Shown: positions 9,192 through 18,654 of the stretch, piece by piece
Layout of the letters: each line of letters starts with the position of its first letter
How positions within the stretch are numbered: position 1 is the stretch's first letter
Source of the DNA: Okeania sp.
GTDB lineage: Bacteria > Cyanobacteriota > Cyanobacteriia > Cyanobacteriales > Microcoleaceae
Assembly: GCF_035285525.1 (NCBI RefSeq)
Contig: NZ_JAYKGW010000226.1
Span: forward strand, 19,156-51,155
Reading direction: 5' to 3'
DNA length: 32,000 nucleotides
The notes under the pieces: model-generated
Told to the model about the DNA's origin: nothing
The model's input: only the letters and a program-made list of their open reading frames with translations
The model's database searches: none
Made by a program: the position numbers and the translations under genes

Positions 9192-11426
9192 TTAATTATT
9201 CCAGAATTTTAGATAAAATATTGTTCCCTCTCCATAAATAGATTTCACCCAAATTTGACCATTATGACGTTCCATAATTTTTTTCACTATGGTTAAACCG
9301 ACTCCGATTCCACCCCCAAATTTATTTTTACTATGTAATCGTTTAAAAATTTGAAAAATAGTATTTTGATACTTTTCTCGAATACCGATACCATTATCTT
9401 TGATATATATAATATTTGCAGATTCTTCAGTTTCTTTATAACCTATTTCGACAATTTTCTCTTCTTTTAAATTATACTTAACTGCATTAGTAATTAAATT
9501 GCTAAATACTTGTTCTAGAAGGATTTTATCTCCATAAATTACTGGTAACTTATTCAGTTTTTTTACTTGAAAAGATATATCTGGTTTACTAACCCGAACC
9601 ATCTCAGACACATTGTCAATTAATTCATTCAAATTAATAGCAGATTTATGGAGTTCTTGACGACCTAAACGAGAGAAATATAACAAAGCATTAATTAAAT
9701 CCTCCATTCGTTGACTTAAACGCGCCAAAGTCTCTAATTTATCTCGACCATCTTGATCGATAATTTCTCCATAATCTTCCATCAAAAATGTTGAATAATT
9801 ATGAATACCTCGCAATGGTTCTTTTAAATCATGGGAAGCAAAATAAGTAAAAGAATCTAACTCACTATTAGTTTTTTCTAATTCCAAATTAATCTTTGCT
9901 AATTCAGAAATTCTGCGCATTACAATTCCCACAATTGCAGTTTTAAACTCTTGCGCTCCTTCTATTTCATAAGGTTGCCAAGGTAAGGAATGAAATTGAA
10001 CTATTTCTTGCCATTCCTCAAAAGATTTCCGAGGACAAAGTTTCATTGTACCATTAGATTCAATCTCAATTGGATATTCTGGATTTCCTGCCCAATTAAC
10101 TGTTTGACTTACTTCTGGTCGAAACCATAAAATATAAATTTCTTGTACTTTAGCAATTTCTAATACTAATAATCCACTACCAACCTCTTTAAATTCTTGA
10201 GCTGGTGGGTAAATTATTGGCAAAGAATTAGTTGCATAAATATCAGTGTAAATCTGATTTTTTACCCAATTTAATAGTTCTGTAATTTCGGCATCTTTTG
10301 GTATTTTTCCTACCTTATGGTACTCTCCTTCCAGAGAAATTACAGCTCCAGTTCCTCCCACAATTGTTAATAATTTACTATCAATATTTTTGATAACATT
10401 TAATAAATCTTCTGACTCAGAAATAATCTTAATTACTTCAGCTCGAACCGACTTCAGAGCAATTTGATAATCTAAATTATCATTCTGTTCTCTAACTGGA
10501 ATATGAATCGACATTATTTGACCTAAAAATTCACAAACCACTCGTTTATTGTAGGGAATATATTTAACTGATTGGTGATGGCAAGCAATTAATCCCCATA
10601 ATTTGCCTTCTTTAAGCAGAGAAATTCCCATTGAAGCCATAACACCCATATTATCCAGATATTCTACATGACAATCAGAAACACCCCGCAACACAGAAAA
10701 AGTTAAATTTAGAGGTTGTTTAGTTAAGGGATTATATTTAGGTATTAACTCCACAGCTCGACAGTGAATATTAGGAATAATGCGTAGAGAATTAACAGAA
10801 AAAAGCTCTCTTACTGGTTGGGGAACATCATAAGCAGGATAATGTAAACCTAAATATGTTTCCATATTTTCTCGTTTATCTTCGGCGATAACTTCTCCAT
10901 TATCATCAGGATGAAATTTGTAAATCATTACTCGATCAAAACCAGTAATTTTGCGAACTTCTTTAACTATAATTTCACAAAGTTCCTGTAAATTAGCCGA
11001 TTTTTGAATTAGATTAATTGTGGGAAAAGTGAGTCGATAAAACTGGGAAAAATCTGGCTTTGATTTATCTGCACAAAGTTCAATTTCTAGTATTACAACC
11101 TCATTATGACGATGAACAATAGTGTTAAATAATTTAACTTCATTTCCACATTTAATAGATAATTGCAGTGGATTTATACATTGAAAATCTCCCACTAAAT
11201 TATTATTAATTTTATCTATTTGATGTGGTGCTAAGAGACAGTTAATGTTTTGTTGGAGTAGATTTTCTGGAGGAATATTTAGGAATTCTCCTGTATTACT
11301 ACTAACTTGAATAATCTTAAACTCTGGCTCTTGTAAAACCAATAATACTCCATGATCTTGAATGTAGTCAGGAATATTAATTTGTTCGTTATAGTTATTA
11401 GTGAAATTTACTTTTTTAGTATCCAT
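9192..11426 (-). CDS. Cph1-type cyanobacterial phytochrome histidine kinase (PAS-GAF-PHY-HisKA-HATPase)
   Basis: GAF motifs YPAYDVPQPVR, LRGVSDCHVEYLDNMGV (Cys-His, the bilin-attachment type of Cph1) and LWGLIACHH. PHY tongue NWAGNP / PRKSFEEW. H-box FASHDLKEPLRGI, N-box LITNAVKYN, G-boxes IKDNGIGI and GGGIGVGL. Confidence 0.9.
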   Translation of the reverse strand: MDTKKVNFTNNYNEQINIPDYIQDHGVLLVLQEPEFKIIQVSSNTGEFLNIPPENLLQQNINCLLAPHQIDKINNNLVGDFQCINPLQLSIKCGNEVKLFNTIVHRHNEVVILEIELCADKSKPDFSQFYRLTFPTINLIQKSANLQELCEIIVKEVRKITGFDRVMIYKFHPDDNGEVIAEDKRENMETYLGLHYPAYDVPQPVRELFSVNSLRIIPNIHCRAVELIPKYNPLTKQPLNLTFSVLRGVSDCHVEYLDNMGVMASMGISLLKEGKLWGLIACHHQSVKYIPYNKRVVCEFLGQIMSIHIPVREQNDNLDYQIALKSVRAEVIKIISESEDLLNVIKNIDSKLLTIVGGTGAVISLEGEYHKVGKIPKDAEITELLNWVKNQIYTDIYATNSLPIIYPPAQEFKEVGSGLLVLEIAKVQEIYILWFRPEVSQTVNWAGNPEYPIEIESNGTMKLCPRKSFEEWQEIVQFHSLPWQPYEIEGAQEFKTAIVGIVMRRISELAKINLELEKTNSELDSFTYFASHDLKEPLRGIHNYSTFLMEDYGEIIDQDGRDKLETLARLSQRMEDLINALLYFSRLGRQELHKSAINLNELIDNVSEMVRVSKPDISFQVKKLNKLPVIYGDKILLEQVFSNLITNAVKYNLKEEKIVEIGYKETEESANIIYIKDNGIGIREKYQNTIFQIFKRLHSKNKFGGGIGVGLTIVKKIMERHNGQIWVKSIYGEGTIFYLKFWNN

Positions 11427-11686
11427 TTTACCTGATTATAATTTTTGATTCTAGATTCTTTATTTGTAAGTATAGCAATTCCCATACTTGTGAGGTACAG
11501 TTTTCTATCCCCCTTTTAAAGCATAGCTTTATAAGGAACTCTGAAACCCTTATGGAAGAAAAGGTAGACAAGGTAGACAAGGTAGATGGGTAAGAGGAGG
11601 GAGTAAGAATTTTGTCTATATTCTTCACTTATAGTGTCTGATTCAATACACTTTTCTCCACAAAAAAAGCCGACGCCAGGCTTTCA

Positions 11687-11814
11687 CATAACTTGTCTCT
11701 TTTGTCAATTTTTATGAAAAGAGAAAGATGTTTATAAAGCATAGCTTTGAAAGGGGGGAAGTGAACAAAAAGTCTCCCTTTTAAAGGGGGGGAAGTGAAC
11801 AAAAAGTCCCCCCG
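11687..11814. repeat. Leader module plus 2 tandem G/C-hairpin units
   Basis: cataacttgtctcttttgtcaatttttatg..agatgtttataaagcatagctttg followed by two units of aaagggggg-aagtgaacaaaaagt-cccccc (unit starts 11750 and 11783). Confidence 0.85.
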
Positions 11815-11988
11815 ATGATGCGCTATCCCTTACCCATAACTCCTGAAAAGGTTGTGGGGAGAGGGGGAGAAGGGAGTAGGGGAGAAAGGAGAAAATATGA
11901 TAGTAGCCAAGTAAAACTACTTAAATAACTGCAAAAAAATATGTTTTTTTTACATTTTTATCCTGAAAAAGCCAAATTAAAACTTACC

Positions 11989-12232
11989 CATAATTTGTCA
12001 ATTTTTATATTAAGAAATATGTGGGTAAAGCATAGCTTTGAAAGGGGGGAAGTGAAGAAAAAGTCCCCCTTTCAAAGGGGGGGGGAAGTGAAGAAAAAGT
12101 CCCCCTTTTAAAGGGGGAGAAGTGAAGAAAAAGTCCCCCTTTTAAAGGGGGGGGAAGTGAACAAAAAGTCCTCCTTTTAAAGGGGGGAAGTGAACAAAAA
12201 GTCTCCCTTTTAAAGGGGGATTTAGGGGGATT
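11989..12232. repeat. Leader module plus 5 tandem G/C-hairpin units plus terminal atttagggggatt
   Basis: Unit starts at 12041, 12074, 12110, 12144 and 12179 (plus a partial unit at 12212). Periods are 33-36 bp; the differences are mostly in G-run length (5-10 G). Confidence 0.85.
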
Positions 12233-12415
12233 ATCAATGTACCTTACAAGAAAAGGGAAATGCTATAGTCAGCTAACAGCAATATGAACCAAATTTCCAT
12301 AACCAAAACCTTGTAGGGACGTTCCATGTAACGTCTGTAGTCTACCAAAATGAAAACTACTGTAATGCTGACGTTATAATTATATTATGTAGTCAATTTA
12401 AACAAGGAAATAAAA

Positions 12416-12766
12416 ATGAATAATTGGAAAAAATATCTAATTAATACTGCTTGTGTTTCTCTATGTTTATTAGGCTTGAATACAGTTGCCCTAGCTATCA
12501 ACCCTAAAACAAAGATTGTACCAACTCCAAAATATCAACTGGCTCAAACTCCTGTTGGTTATTGTACAGTATCAGACCCAACTGATTCACCTTTGAATGT
12601 ACGACAAAAACCAAATGGTACAATAATTGGTACTCTGGAAGATGGTGCAGTAGTTGCTATTGGAGTTACTGATGGTAGTGAAGGTAGAAATTGGACCAGA
12701 ATTATTCGTCCAATAGAGGGTTATGTATGGTCACAATATTTAACAGATTGTCAATATAAGTATTAG
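12416..12766 (+). CDS. Small secreted SH3b-domain protein
   Basis: N-terminal hydrophobic signal-like segment (CVSLCLLGLNTVALA). C-terminus has an SH3_3-like pattern (CTVSDPTDSPLNVRQKPNGTIIGTLEDGAVV...GYVWSQYL). Confidence 0.6.
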   Translation: MNNWKKYLINTACVSLCLLGLNTVALAINPKTKIVPTPKYQLAQTPVGYCTVSDPTDSPLNVRQKPNGTIIGTLEDGAVVAIGVTDGSEGRNWTRIIRPIEGYVWSQYLTDCQYKY

Positions 12767-13160
12767 AAAAAGGGAGTAGGAAGTAGGGAAAAATAATTGA
12801 TTAATTAAGAGTGTAATAATTGACTTGATTTTTTATTACTATAAATGTCTATGAATTTATATCATGCCCAGATAATCAATGATCAAAAACTTTTCCCTTT
12901 GAACCTTTCTTTTCCTTCTGTCTTCTATAGCAATTCTAAATAGGGCTTGCGTATGGAAATATCAAAGGATTGAAATTATAAATTTTTAGCAATTTTAGCT
13001 TTAAAAAAAGTACCTATTTTTTGACTATTGTTGTCTCCAAATAGTAAATTTTTGACACAATTTGTCAGAAAATTTGACCGTAGCAGATAGTTTAAATAGT
13101 TAAGTGTTCCCTACCTTCACCATCAGACTGTTGAGCGCAAACCCTAAATAGATTCTAATC

Positions 13161-13263
13161 AATCAAAAACTAGAAATCAATTCTGAAACTTTGAGCTATT
13201 GCCTCCATACTTATTCCCGAAAAAAGACAAGATTTTTGACACGAATAAAATAGGATTGCTATA
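13161..13263. repeat. Dispersed repeat ending in ..aaataggattgctata
   Basis: Pairs with 8058-8168 in reverse complement. The aggattgctata end motif also occurs at 2909-2920, 16418-16430 and 26948-26959. Confidence 0.7.
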
Positions 13264-13731
13264 TTTTCATTCCTCCAAAATCTAACTATTAAACCGGCCA
13301 TGATATTGGATTAGTTGATGGGAAATTTTTACCTTACCTTAATTATAATTATTAGAGTGCATTTATTTTTCTTAACTTTTTATTCCCTCCGAACTAGAAT
13401 GACTACTCTATATAGATGTTATACTAATTACTTACCAAAAGCAATGCTATACTTAAGCTACACTTCAATACCTTAATAATTACCAAGATTAAAAATCTGT
13501 TGCGTGACAATTATTAGTTGGTTAGTAATTATTTTTCTTACCTTTAATCTTTCCCCACACCGACCAAATGAACCACACGAACCCACCCAATCAAATATAG
13601 TATTCTTTTTGAGAAATGGTATTAACGTGCCTACTATTTTCTTCCTATTTCCTAAAAAATATGAAAAATTGCACATATTGCTCAAAATTGTTCTACTCTA
13701 GTTTATGTACCTAAAAATATAGATTTGTAAT

Positions 13732-14253
13732 ATGCCCAGAACTCAAAGGAATGATAATTTTATTGATAAGTCATTTACGGTTATGGCAGATTTGATTTTG
13801 AAGCTATTACCAACAAATAATCAAGCGAAAGAAGCTTTTGCTTATTATCGTGATGGAATGTCGGCACAAGCTGATGGGGAATATGCGGAAGCTTTGGAAA
13901 ATTATAATGAAGCTTTAAAATTAGAAGAAGATTCTAATGATCGGAGTTATATTCTTTATAATATAGGTTTAATTCATGCTAGTAATGGGGAACATGATCG
14001 AGCATTAGAATATTATCACGAAGCTTTAGAAAATAATCCTAGAATGCCTCAAGCTTTAAATAATATTGCTGTAATTTTTCACTATAGAGGAGAAAAAGCA
14101 AAAGAAATAGGTAACTCAGAAGAAGCTAATAGGTGGTTTGATCAAGCTGCCGAATATTGGAAACAAGCAATTAGTTTAGCTCCTAATAATTACATTGAAG
14201 CTCAAAATTGGTTGAAAACTACTGGGCGTTCCAATAAAGAGGTATTTTTCTAA
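13732..14253 (+). CDS. ycf3: Photosystem I assembly protein Ycf3 (TPR)
   Basis: [27 protein letters not shown]...[21 protein letters not shown]...; full-length match to the Ycf3 pattern (173 aa). Confidence 0.95.
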   Translation: MPRTQRNDNFIDKSFTVMADLILKLLPTNNQAKEAFAYYRDGMSAQADGEYAEALENYNEALKLEEDSNDRSYILYNIGLIHASNGEHDRALEYYHEALENNPRMPQALNNIAVIFHYRGEKAKEIGNSEEANRWFDQAAEYWKQAISLAPNNYIEAQNWLKTTGRSNKEVFF

Positions 14254-14368
14254 ATTTAGGGAGTAGGGAGTAGCTTACAAGGGTAAGTTTTTAAGATTTG
14301 ACACGGAGACACGGAGACAGGGGGGACACGGAGATCGATGACTTTCTTTGATGAACAGAGCAAGTAGT

Positions 14369-14544
14369 CCAGTAGGTTGGGTTGAGGAACGAAACCCAAC
14401 ATTAGGTCTAATCCAGTAGGTTGGGTTGAGGAACGAAGCCCAACATTAGGTCTAATCCAGTAGGTTGGGTTGAGGAACGAAACCCAACATTAGGTCTAAT
14501 CCAGTAGGTTGGGTTGAGGAACGAAACCCAACATTAGGTATAGC
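14369..14544. repeat. 4 x 44-bp tandem stem-loop repeat
   Basis: The unit is ccagtaggttgggttgaggaacgaaacccaacattaggtctaat, starting at 14369, 14413, 14457 and 14501. Each has an 8-bp stem gttgggtt/aacccaac. A related solitary copy lies at about 19650-19695. Confidence 0.9.
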
Positions 14545-14573
14545 AGTAGACTAACACACCTTAAATAGTGCAT

Positions 14574-14686
14574 GGGTTTCATTTGATGCTGCGCAACCCT
14601 AACGGGAACAACCCAACCTACGAATAATAGGGTTGTTGGGTTTCGGTTCCATGCTGCGCAACCCTAACGGGAACAACCCAACCTAC
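14574..14686. repeat. 2 x 65-bp tandem repeat
   Basis: tgctgcgcaaccctaacgggaacaacccaacctac occurs at 14587 and 14652. Confidence 0.85.
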
Positions 14687-14779
14687 ACTTCTACTCAATT
14701 GTTCCCTGTTCCCTGTTTCCAGTTAAGTGTTCCCTAGCGCTACGCACTATAATAGTTTTGAAAATAGGAACAGTTACTA

Positions 14780-15073
14780 ATGATTATAGACAATGAACAA
14801 GTGCATAAAGTTGCACATTTAGCTAGACTAGAACTCAAACCAGAAGAAGAAGAAATGTTTACTACTCAGTTAAGTAGTATTCTGGAATATTTTCAGCAGT
14901 TGAGTGAGTTAGATACGGAAAATGTGGCTCCTACTACTAGGGCAATTGATGTTAGTAATATTACTCGTGAGGATCGTTTAGAACCTTTTCCGAATCGAGA
15001 AGAAATTCTCTCTTGCGCTCCAGAGCAAGATGGGGACTTTTTTAAAGTTCCAAAAATTATGAGTGAAGAATAA
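14780..15073 (+). CDS. gatC: Asp/Glu-tRNA amidotransferase subunit C
   Basis: [45 protein letters not shown]...; typical GatC length (97 aa). Confidence 0.9.
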   Translation: MIIDNEQVHKVAHLARLELKPEEEEMFTTQLSSILEYFQQLSELDTENVAPTTRAIDVSNITREDRLEPFPNREEILSCAPEQDGDFFKVPKIMSEE

Positions 15074-15428
15074 AGTAAGCAAACAGCTATTAGCTGTTAG
15101 CTATCAGCAATAAGAGCTGATAGTTGAAGGCTGAATGCTTACAGAATAAAAGCTCAAATATTAGGGCAGCAAATTGCTAGCGGGTTTTAATCCTTTGTAA
15201 AACAGGTATTTTGCTTGTGTTATTTTACTAGGATGAAGTCCGCTACTTTAAAAATCATAATTACTCACCAGCTTTTTGTGTGAGCAGATTGATTAAATTA
15301 TCAGATAATATCATGTTCGGTTGAATAGTTATAATTAAAGTTATCCTGTAGGGATTTGGAGACCAAATCCCTACCGTAAAATGTGACAATCTAGTTAATG
15401 AAATGCTATATAAACAAAAACTTTTTGA

Positions 15429-15893
15429 TCAGGCTCTGATCCGGACATGATATAACCACCAACCTGCATCAAGCAAAGCTTTAATTCTTGGAAATATTAA
15501 AGAGATAATTCCTCGTTGTTTAGCTAATATTAATATTCCACCTGTTCCAATAGTAACAATACCAAAAGTATCAGGGCAACGACGTGCTGCCCGATTATCA
15601 ATAATAACCCCAAAATTAAAAGTATTAAGAGCTAGACTTAATACTTCTGATTCTCCTATTCCTAAATCCCAAGCTCCTATTTCAGGAATAATATTTGTTT
15701 TCTTTTTTTGTGCCCAATTTACAGTAGGTAACTTTTGAGATGGTATATCATTTTTACCTTCTGCTATAACTTCATTCCACACTCCTTCTGGTATTAAAAT
15801 ATCAGTAAAAAGCTGAGGTAATAAATCAGCTTACTGACTTTTAAATAGGGCAATTAGTGGAGAAGAGTTGATAATAACTTGCTTAATCAACAT
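15429..15893 (-). pseudogene. DUF3368 (PIN-like) toxin gene with an in-frame TAA
   Basis: My translation from ATG 15893 gives MLIKQVIINSSPLIALFKSQ*ADLLPQLFTDILIPEGVWNEV..., which continues in frame into track ORF 15429-15782 (..GTGGILILAKQRG..). The TAA is at 15831-15833. The start overlaps the end of the upstream antitoxin. Confidence 0.75.
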
Positions 15894-16141
15894 TTTCCAT
15901 TTCTGCCACTAATTCTGACTTCAGAATATTGGATAAAATCTACCCGATAACGAGACAAAGCATTGATAAATTATGAACGAGTTAAACCAGCTATCTCTGC
16001 TGCTTTACCTTGAGATATTTTTCCAAGTTTGTACCATTTAATTGCTGCTGCAATACGCATTTCTTTGACAAATTCATCCGGTGTTTTGCGAAGTGCAGAA
16101 AATACTGCTGTTGGTAATTTAATAGGAATTGTTGTCTCCAT
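15883..16141 (-). pseudogene. UPF0175-family antitoxin gene with an in-frame TAA (possibly also a frameshift)
   Basis: My translation from ATG 16141 gives METTIPIKLPTAVFSALRKTPDEFVKEMRIAAAIKWYKLGKISQGKAAEIAGLTRS*FINALSRYRVDFIQYSE... The TAA is at 15971-15973. The tail reads more family-like (SELVAEMENVD*) in the +1 frame from about 15920. Too short for the ORF track. Confidence 0.65.
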
Positions 16142-16504
16142 ATTTTTAATATTTCACTTTTTTATTAATATATTAATATATCAATCCATAAACCTGCTTT
16201 ATTAATAATATTTTGTGATTTGAAAAACCATAAAAATACACCTGGTTTATTATTGAGATATACTCTTATTTGAAATACAAAAAATTGTGCTATAACAATA
16301 TGAAATGATTTGCGAGAAAAAGCTGTAGGGGTTTGGTTTCCAAATCCCTTAGCGCTTGGGTTTGGAGACCAAACGGGTTTGGAGACCAAACCCCTACTAT
16401 AAAATCTTACAACCTATTCAGGATTGCTATACAAGCTATAGTTATAACTATTCAACCGCACATGATATTAGTTGTTAGTTTGAACTGATAACTGATAACT
16501 GAAG

Positions 16505-18553
16505 TTACCCTAAATAACCTCTTGGTGTAATCATCCAATTATGATGAATTCCTGTAGATTTATTACCAATTAAAATTACAGTCAACATATCAACTGAAAT
16601 TTCTAATAATTTACCTAAATTTGTTAATGTAATTTCTTCTTTTTCTCGATAAGCAGAACGAACAATTGCTACTGAATTTTCTGGTTGACGATACTCTAAA
16701 AAAATATTCACTGCTTTAACTAATTGTTCAGTTCTATTCTGAGATTTAGGATTATAAATTGCCACCACAAAATCAGCCATTGCTACTGCAATTAAACGTT
16801 TTTCTATTACTTCCCAAGGTGTTAATAAATCGCTCAAACTAATAGCACAAAAATCGTGCATTAAAGGCGCACCAACTCTTGATGCAGCAGACTGTAAAGC
16901 ACTAACTCCTGGAAATACTTCTACTGCCGGAATTTTCCCATTCCAACCTTTGGCTCGAAGTTGTTCTAAAACTAATCCTGCCATGCCATAAATTCCACAA
17001 TCTCCAGAAGAAACTACTGCTACAGTTAAACCAAAGTTTGCTAATTCAATTGCTCTTTCGGCTCGTTGTCTTTCTTGAGTAATTGGCATTTTTTCTACTA
17101 TTTGTCCGGGATTTAATAATGGTTTAATTAAGTCAATATAAAGAGAATAACCAATCACAACTTCTGCATAACTAATGGCAGTTTTAGCAGCGGAGGTCAT
17201 CTGGTCTAGTTTACCGGGACCTGTACCAACTAATAATAATTTTCCAGTTTTCCCTGTATATTCTTTTTTAGCTAAAGCAACAGCAATAGTCATTGCTCCT
17301 GGTTCCCCTTCCAGACGGAATATTTGTTTATTAACTAATAATTTTTGAGAGGATTTTAAGAGATTTTCTTCCTGTTTAAGGGAAGAAAAAGAATTATCAA
17401 TAGATTCGGAAAAATCTGTATCTTTCTGTTGTTTTTCATTCTGGTTAATTTCTGTTTTTAAAGATGATTTTAATTCTTGTTTAAGGGAAGGAAAAGAGTC
17501 ATCGGTAGATTCGGAAAAATTAGTGTTTTCCTCCTGTTTTGCTCCTAAAATAGCAGCAGCTTCAGCAACACTAGAAGTCCCCACTTCTGCTGCGACAATC
17601 TTAGAAGGATTAGGCACTTCAACGCTGTTTAATAACTCCGCTGAAAATGTCCTTAAAGGCAAAATTCGTTCCTGACAAAATTCCACTAATCCTACTTCAT
17701 CAGCTTTAATATTAATAGTAGCAATACCAGCGATCGCTTCCATTGCTAAATGATGAGCGCGAAATATTTCTTCGATACCAGTAGCAATTAATTTTTGAGA
17801 AGTTCCTCTTTCGCAACCAACTCCTACCCACAAAACTCGCGGATGCCATTGCACTTTTGGTAAATCTGAATTTGGCGACAACTTCTCTTGAGTAAAACCA
17901 ATCAAAATTTTCGCCTTCGGAGTAGGGGATGCTGCACCTATTTCTGGAGAATCAAAATAAAATGGATGTTGCTCCGGTAGATGTTTTTGCCACAACGTCG
18001 AACCTACTTCTTGAATCACTTCTACAGTTTCTCCCCTAGCAACGATACCGCTAACTTGATTCCAATCACCAGTTCCCCGTTGCCAACCAAAAGGTTTACC
18101 CAAAATATCAATACCAGGTAATTCTAAATTATGAGATGCTCCGGTAATAACTGGGGTAGCGTTCAGGAGGGGAGCAAGAATATTAGTTAATTGATCAGCA
18201 CCTCCCTGATGTCCGCTACATAAACTAATGACAAATTTACCCCCTTCATCAACCACAACTACTGCCGGATCGCGATATTTATCTTGCAACAATGGGGAAA
18301 TTAAACGTACAACTGCACCGCTAGCAAGACAAAAAACTATTGCACAATAGTTTTGCCAAATATTTGGGAGATGATTTTTCAGAGAGTCGGTGTAAACCTG
18401 GGTGTTGGGAGGAAGTTTGATATTTAGTTGACAAGATTCTGGTATCCAGAGAGTTGCCCCCAATGTTTGGCAAATAGGTTGTAAGAATTTTGTCGCTGTA
18501 GGAGTTGTAGCGATCGCGGCCATTGGTTGAAATTCTTGGGCAATTAAATTCAT
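16505..18553 (-). CDS. cobJ: Fused cobalamin-biosynthesis protein: CbiG (cobalt-precorrin-5A hydrolase) + precorrin-3B C17-methyltransferase (CobJ/CbiH)
   Basis: N-terminal CbiG-like part (AIVFCLASGAVVRLISPLL, GASHNLELPGIDILG, LWVGVGCERG). C-terminal methyltransferase part (LLLVGTGPGKLDQMT...VVSSGDCGIYGMAGL...). A low-complexity duplicated linker lies between them. Confidence 0.85.
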   Translation of the reverse strand: MNLIAQEFQPMAAIATTPTATKFLQPICQTLGATLWIPESCQLNIKLPPNTQVYTDSLKNHLPNIWQNYCAIVFCLASGAVVRLISPLLQDKYRDPAVVVVDEGGKFVISLCSGHQGGADQLTNILAPLLNATPVITGASHNLELPGIDILGKPFGWQRGTGDWNQVSGIVARGETVEVIQEVGSTLWQKHLPEQHPFYFDSPEIGAASPTPKAKILIGFTQEKLSPNSDLPKVQWHPRVLWVGVGCERGTSQKLIATGIEEIFRAHHLAMEAIAGIATINIKADEVGLVEFCQERILPLRTFSAELLNSVEVPNPSKIVAAEVGTSSVAEAAAILGAKQEENTNFSESTDDSFPSLKQELKSSLKTEINQNEKQQKDTDFSESIDNSFSSLKQEENLLKSSQKLLVNKQIFRLEGEPGAMTIAVALAKKEYTGKTGKLLLVGTGPGKLDQMTSAAKTAISYAEVVIGYSLYIDLIKPLLNPGQIVEKMPITQERQRAERAIELANFGLTVAVVSSGDCGIYGMAGLVLEQLRAKGWNGKIPAVEVFPGVSALQSAASRVGAPLMHDFCAISLSDLLTPWEVIEKRLIAVAMADFVVAIYNPKSQNRTEQLVKAVNIFLEYRQPENSVAIVRSAYREKEEITLTNLGKLLEISVDMLTVILIGNKSTGIHHNWMITPRGYLG

Positions 18554-18654
18554 TTTGCAACTGATAAGTATGACAAGTTGTCTTTTGACATTTTAGTATT
18601 TTTCTATAATATATTATTTTGAACAAAATAATCAAATCATAACTTAAGCAAACT

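Noticed and set aside
9192-11426. Low GC (about 30% by spot counts) and absence of HIP1 in the phytochrome/rcp region as evidence of horizontal acquisition
   Set aside because: The clearly native ycf3 is similarly AT-rich (about 33% in the line I counted). The whole stretch from about 6.0 to 17.7 kb lacks perfect HIP1 sites, so the composition is not distinctive. My counts are rough spot checks, not a computation.
11428-11628. 66-aa ORF just upstream of the phytochrome start
   Set aside because: It is built from the aggtagaca tandem 9-mers and other repeat sequence (..STLSTLSTFS..), so it is most likely a repeat-derived artefact.
12041-12232. Possible CRISPR array (also considered for 14369-14544 and 2092-2511)
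   Set aside because: The units are contiguous with no unique spacers. The periods (33-36, 44 and about 106-121 bp) consist entirely of repeat sequence, and there are no cas genes in the window.
13473-13701. Overlapping ORFs 13473-13685(-) and 13504-13701(+) upstream of ycf3
   Set aside because: They are mutually overlapping AT-rich ORFs with no family resemblance or evident RBS or start context. I treat the region as non-coding.
16165-16389. 74-aa ORF downstream of cbiG-cobJ
   Set aside because: Its 5' part runs through the gtaggggtttgg/ccaaacccctac hairpin repeats and the rest is AT-rich spacer, so it is a repeat artefact.
18321-18635. 104-aa ORF overlapping the 5' end of cbiG-cobJ in another frame
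   Set aside because: It is an out-of-frame overlap with a strongly supported CDS and has an implausible sequence.
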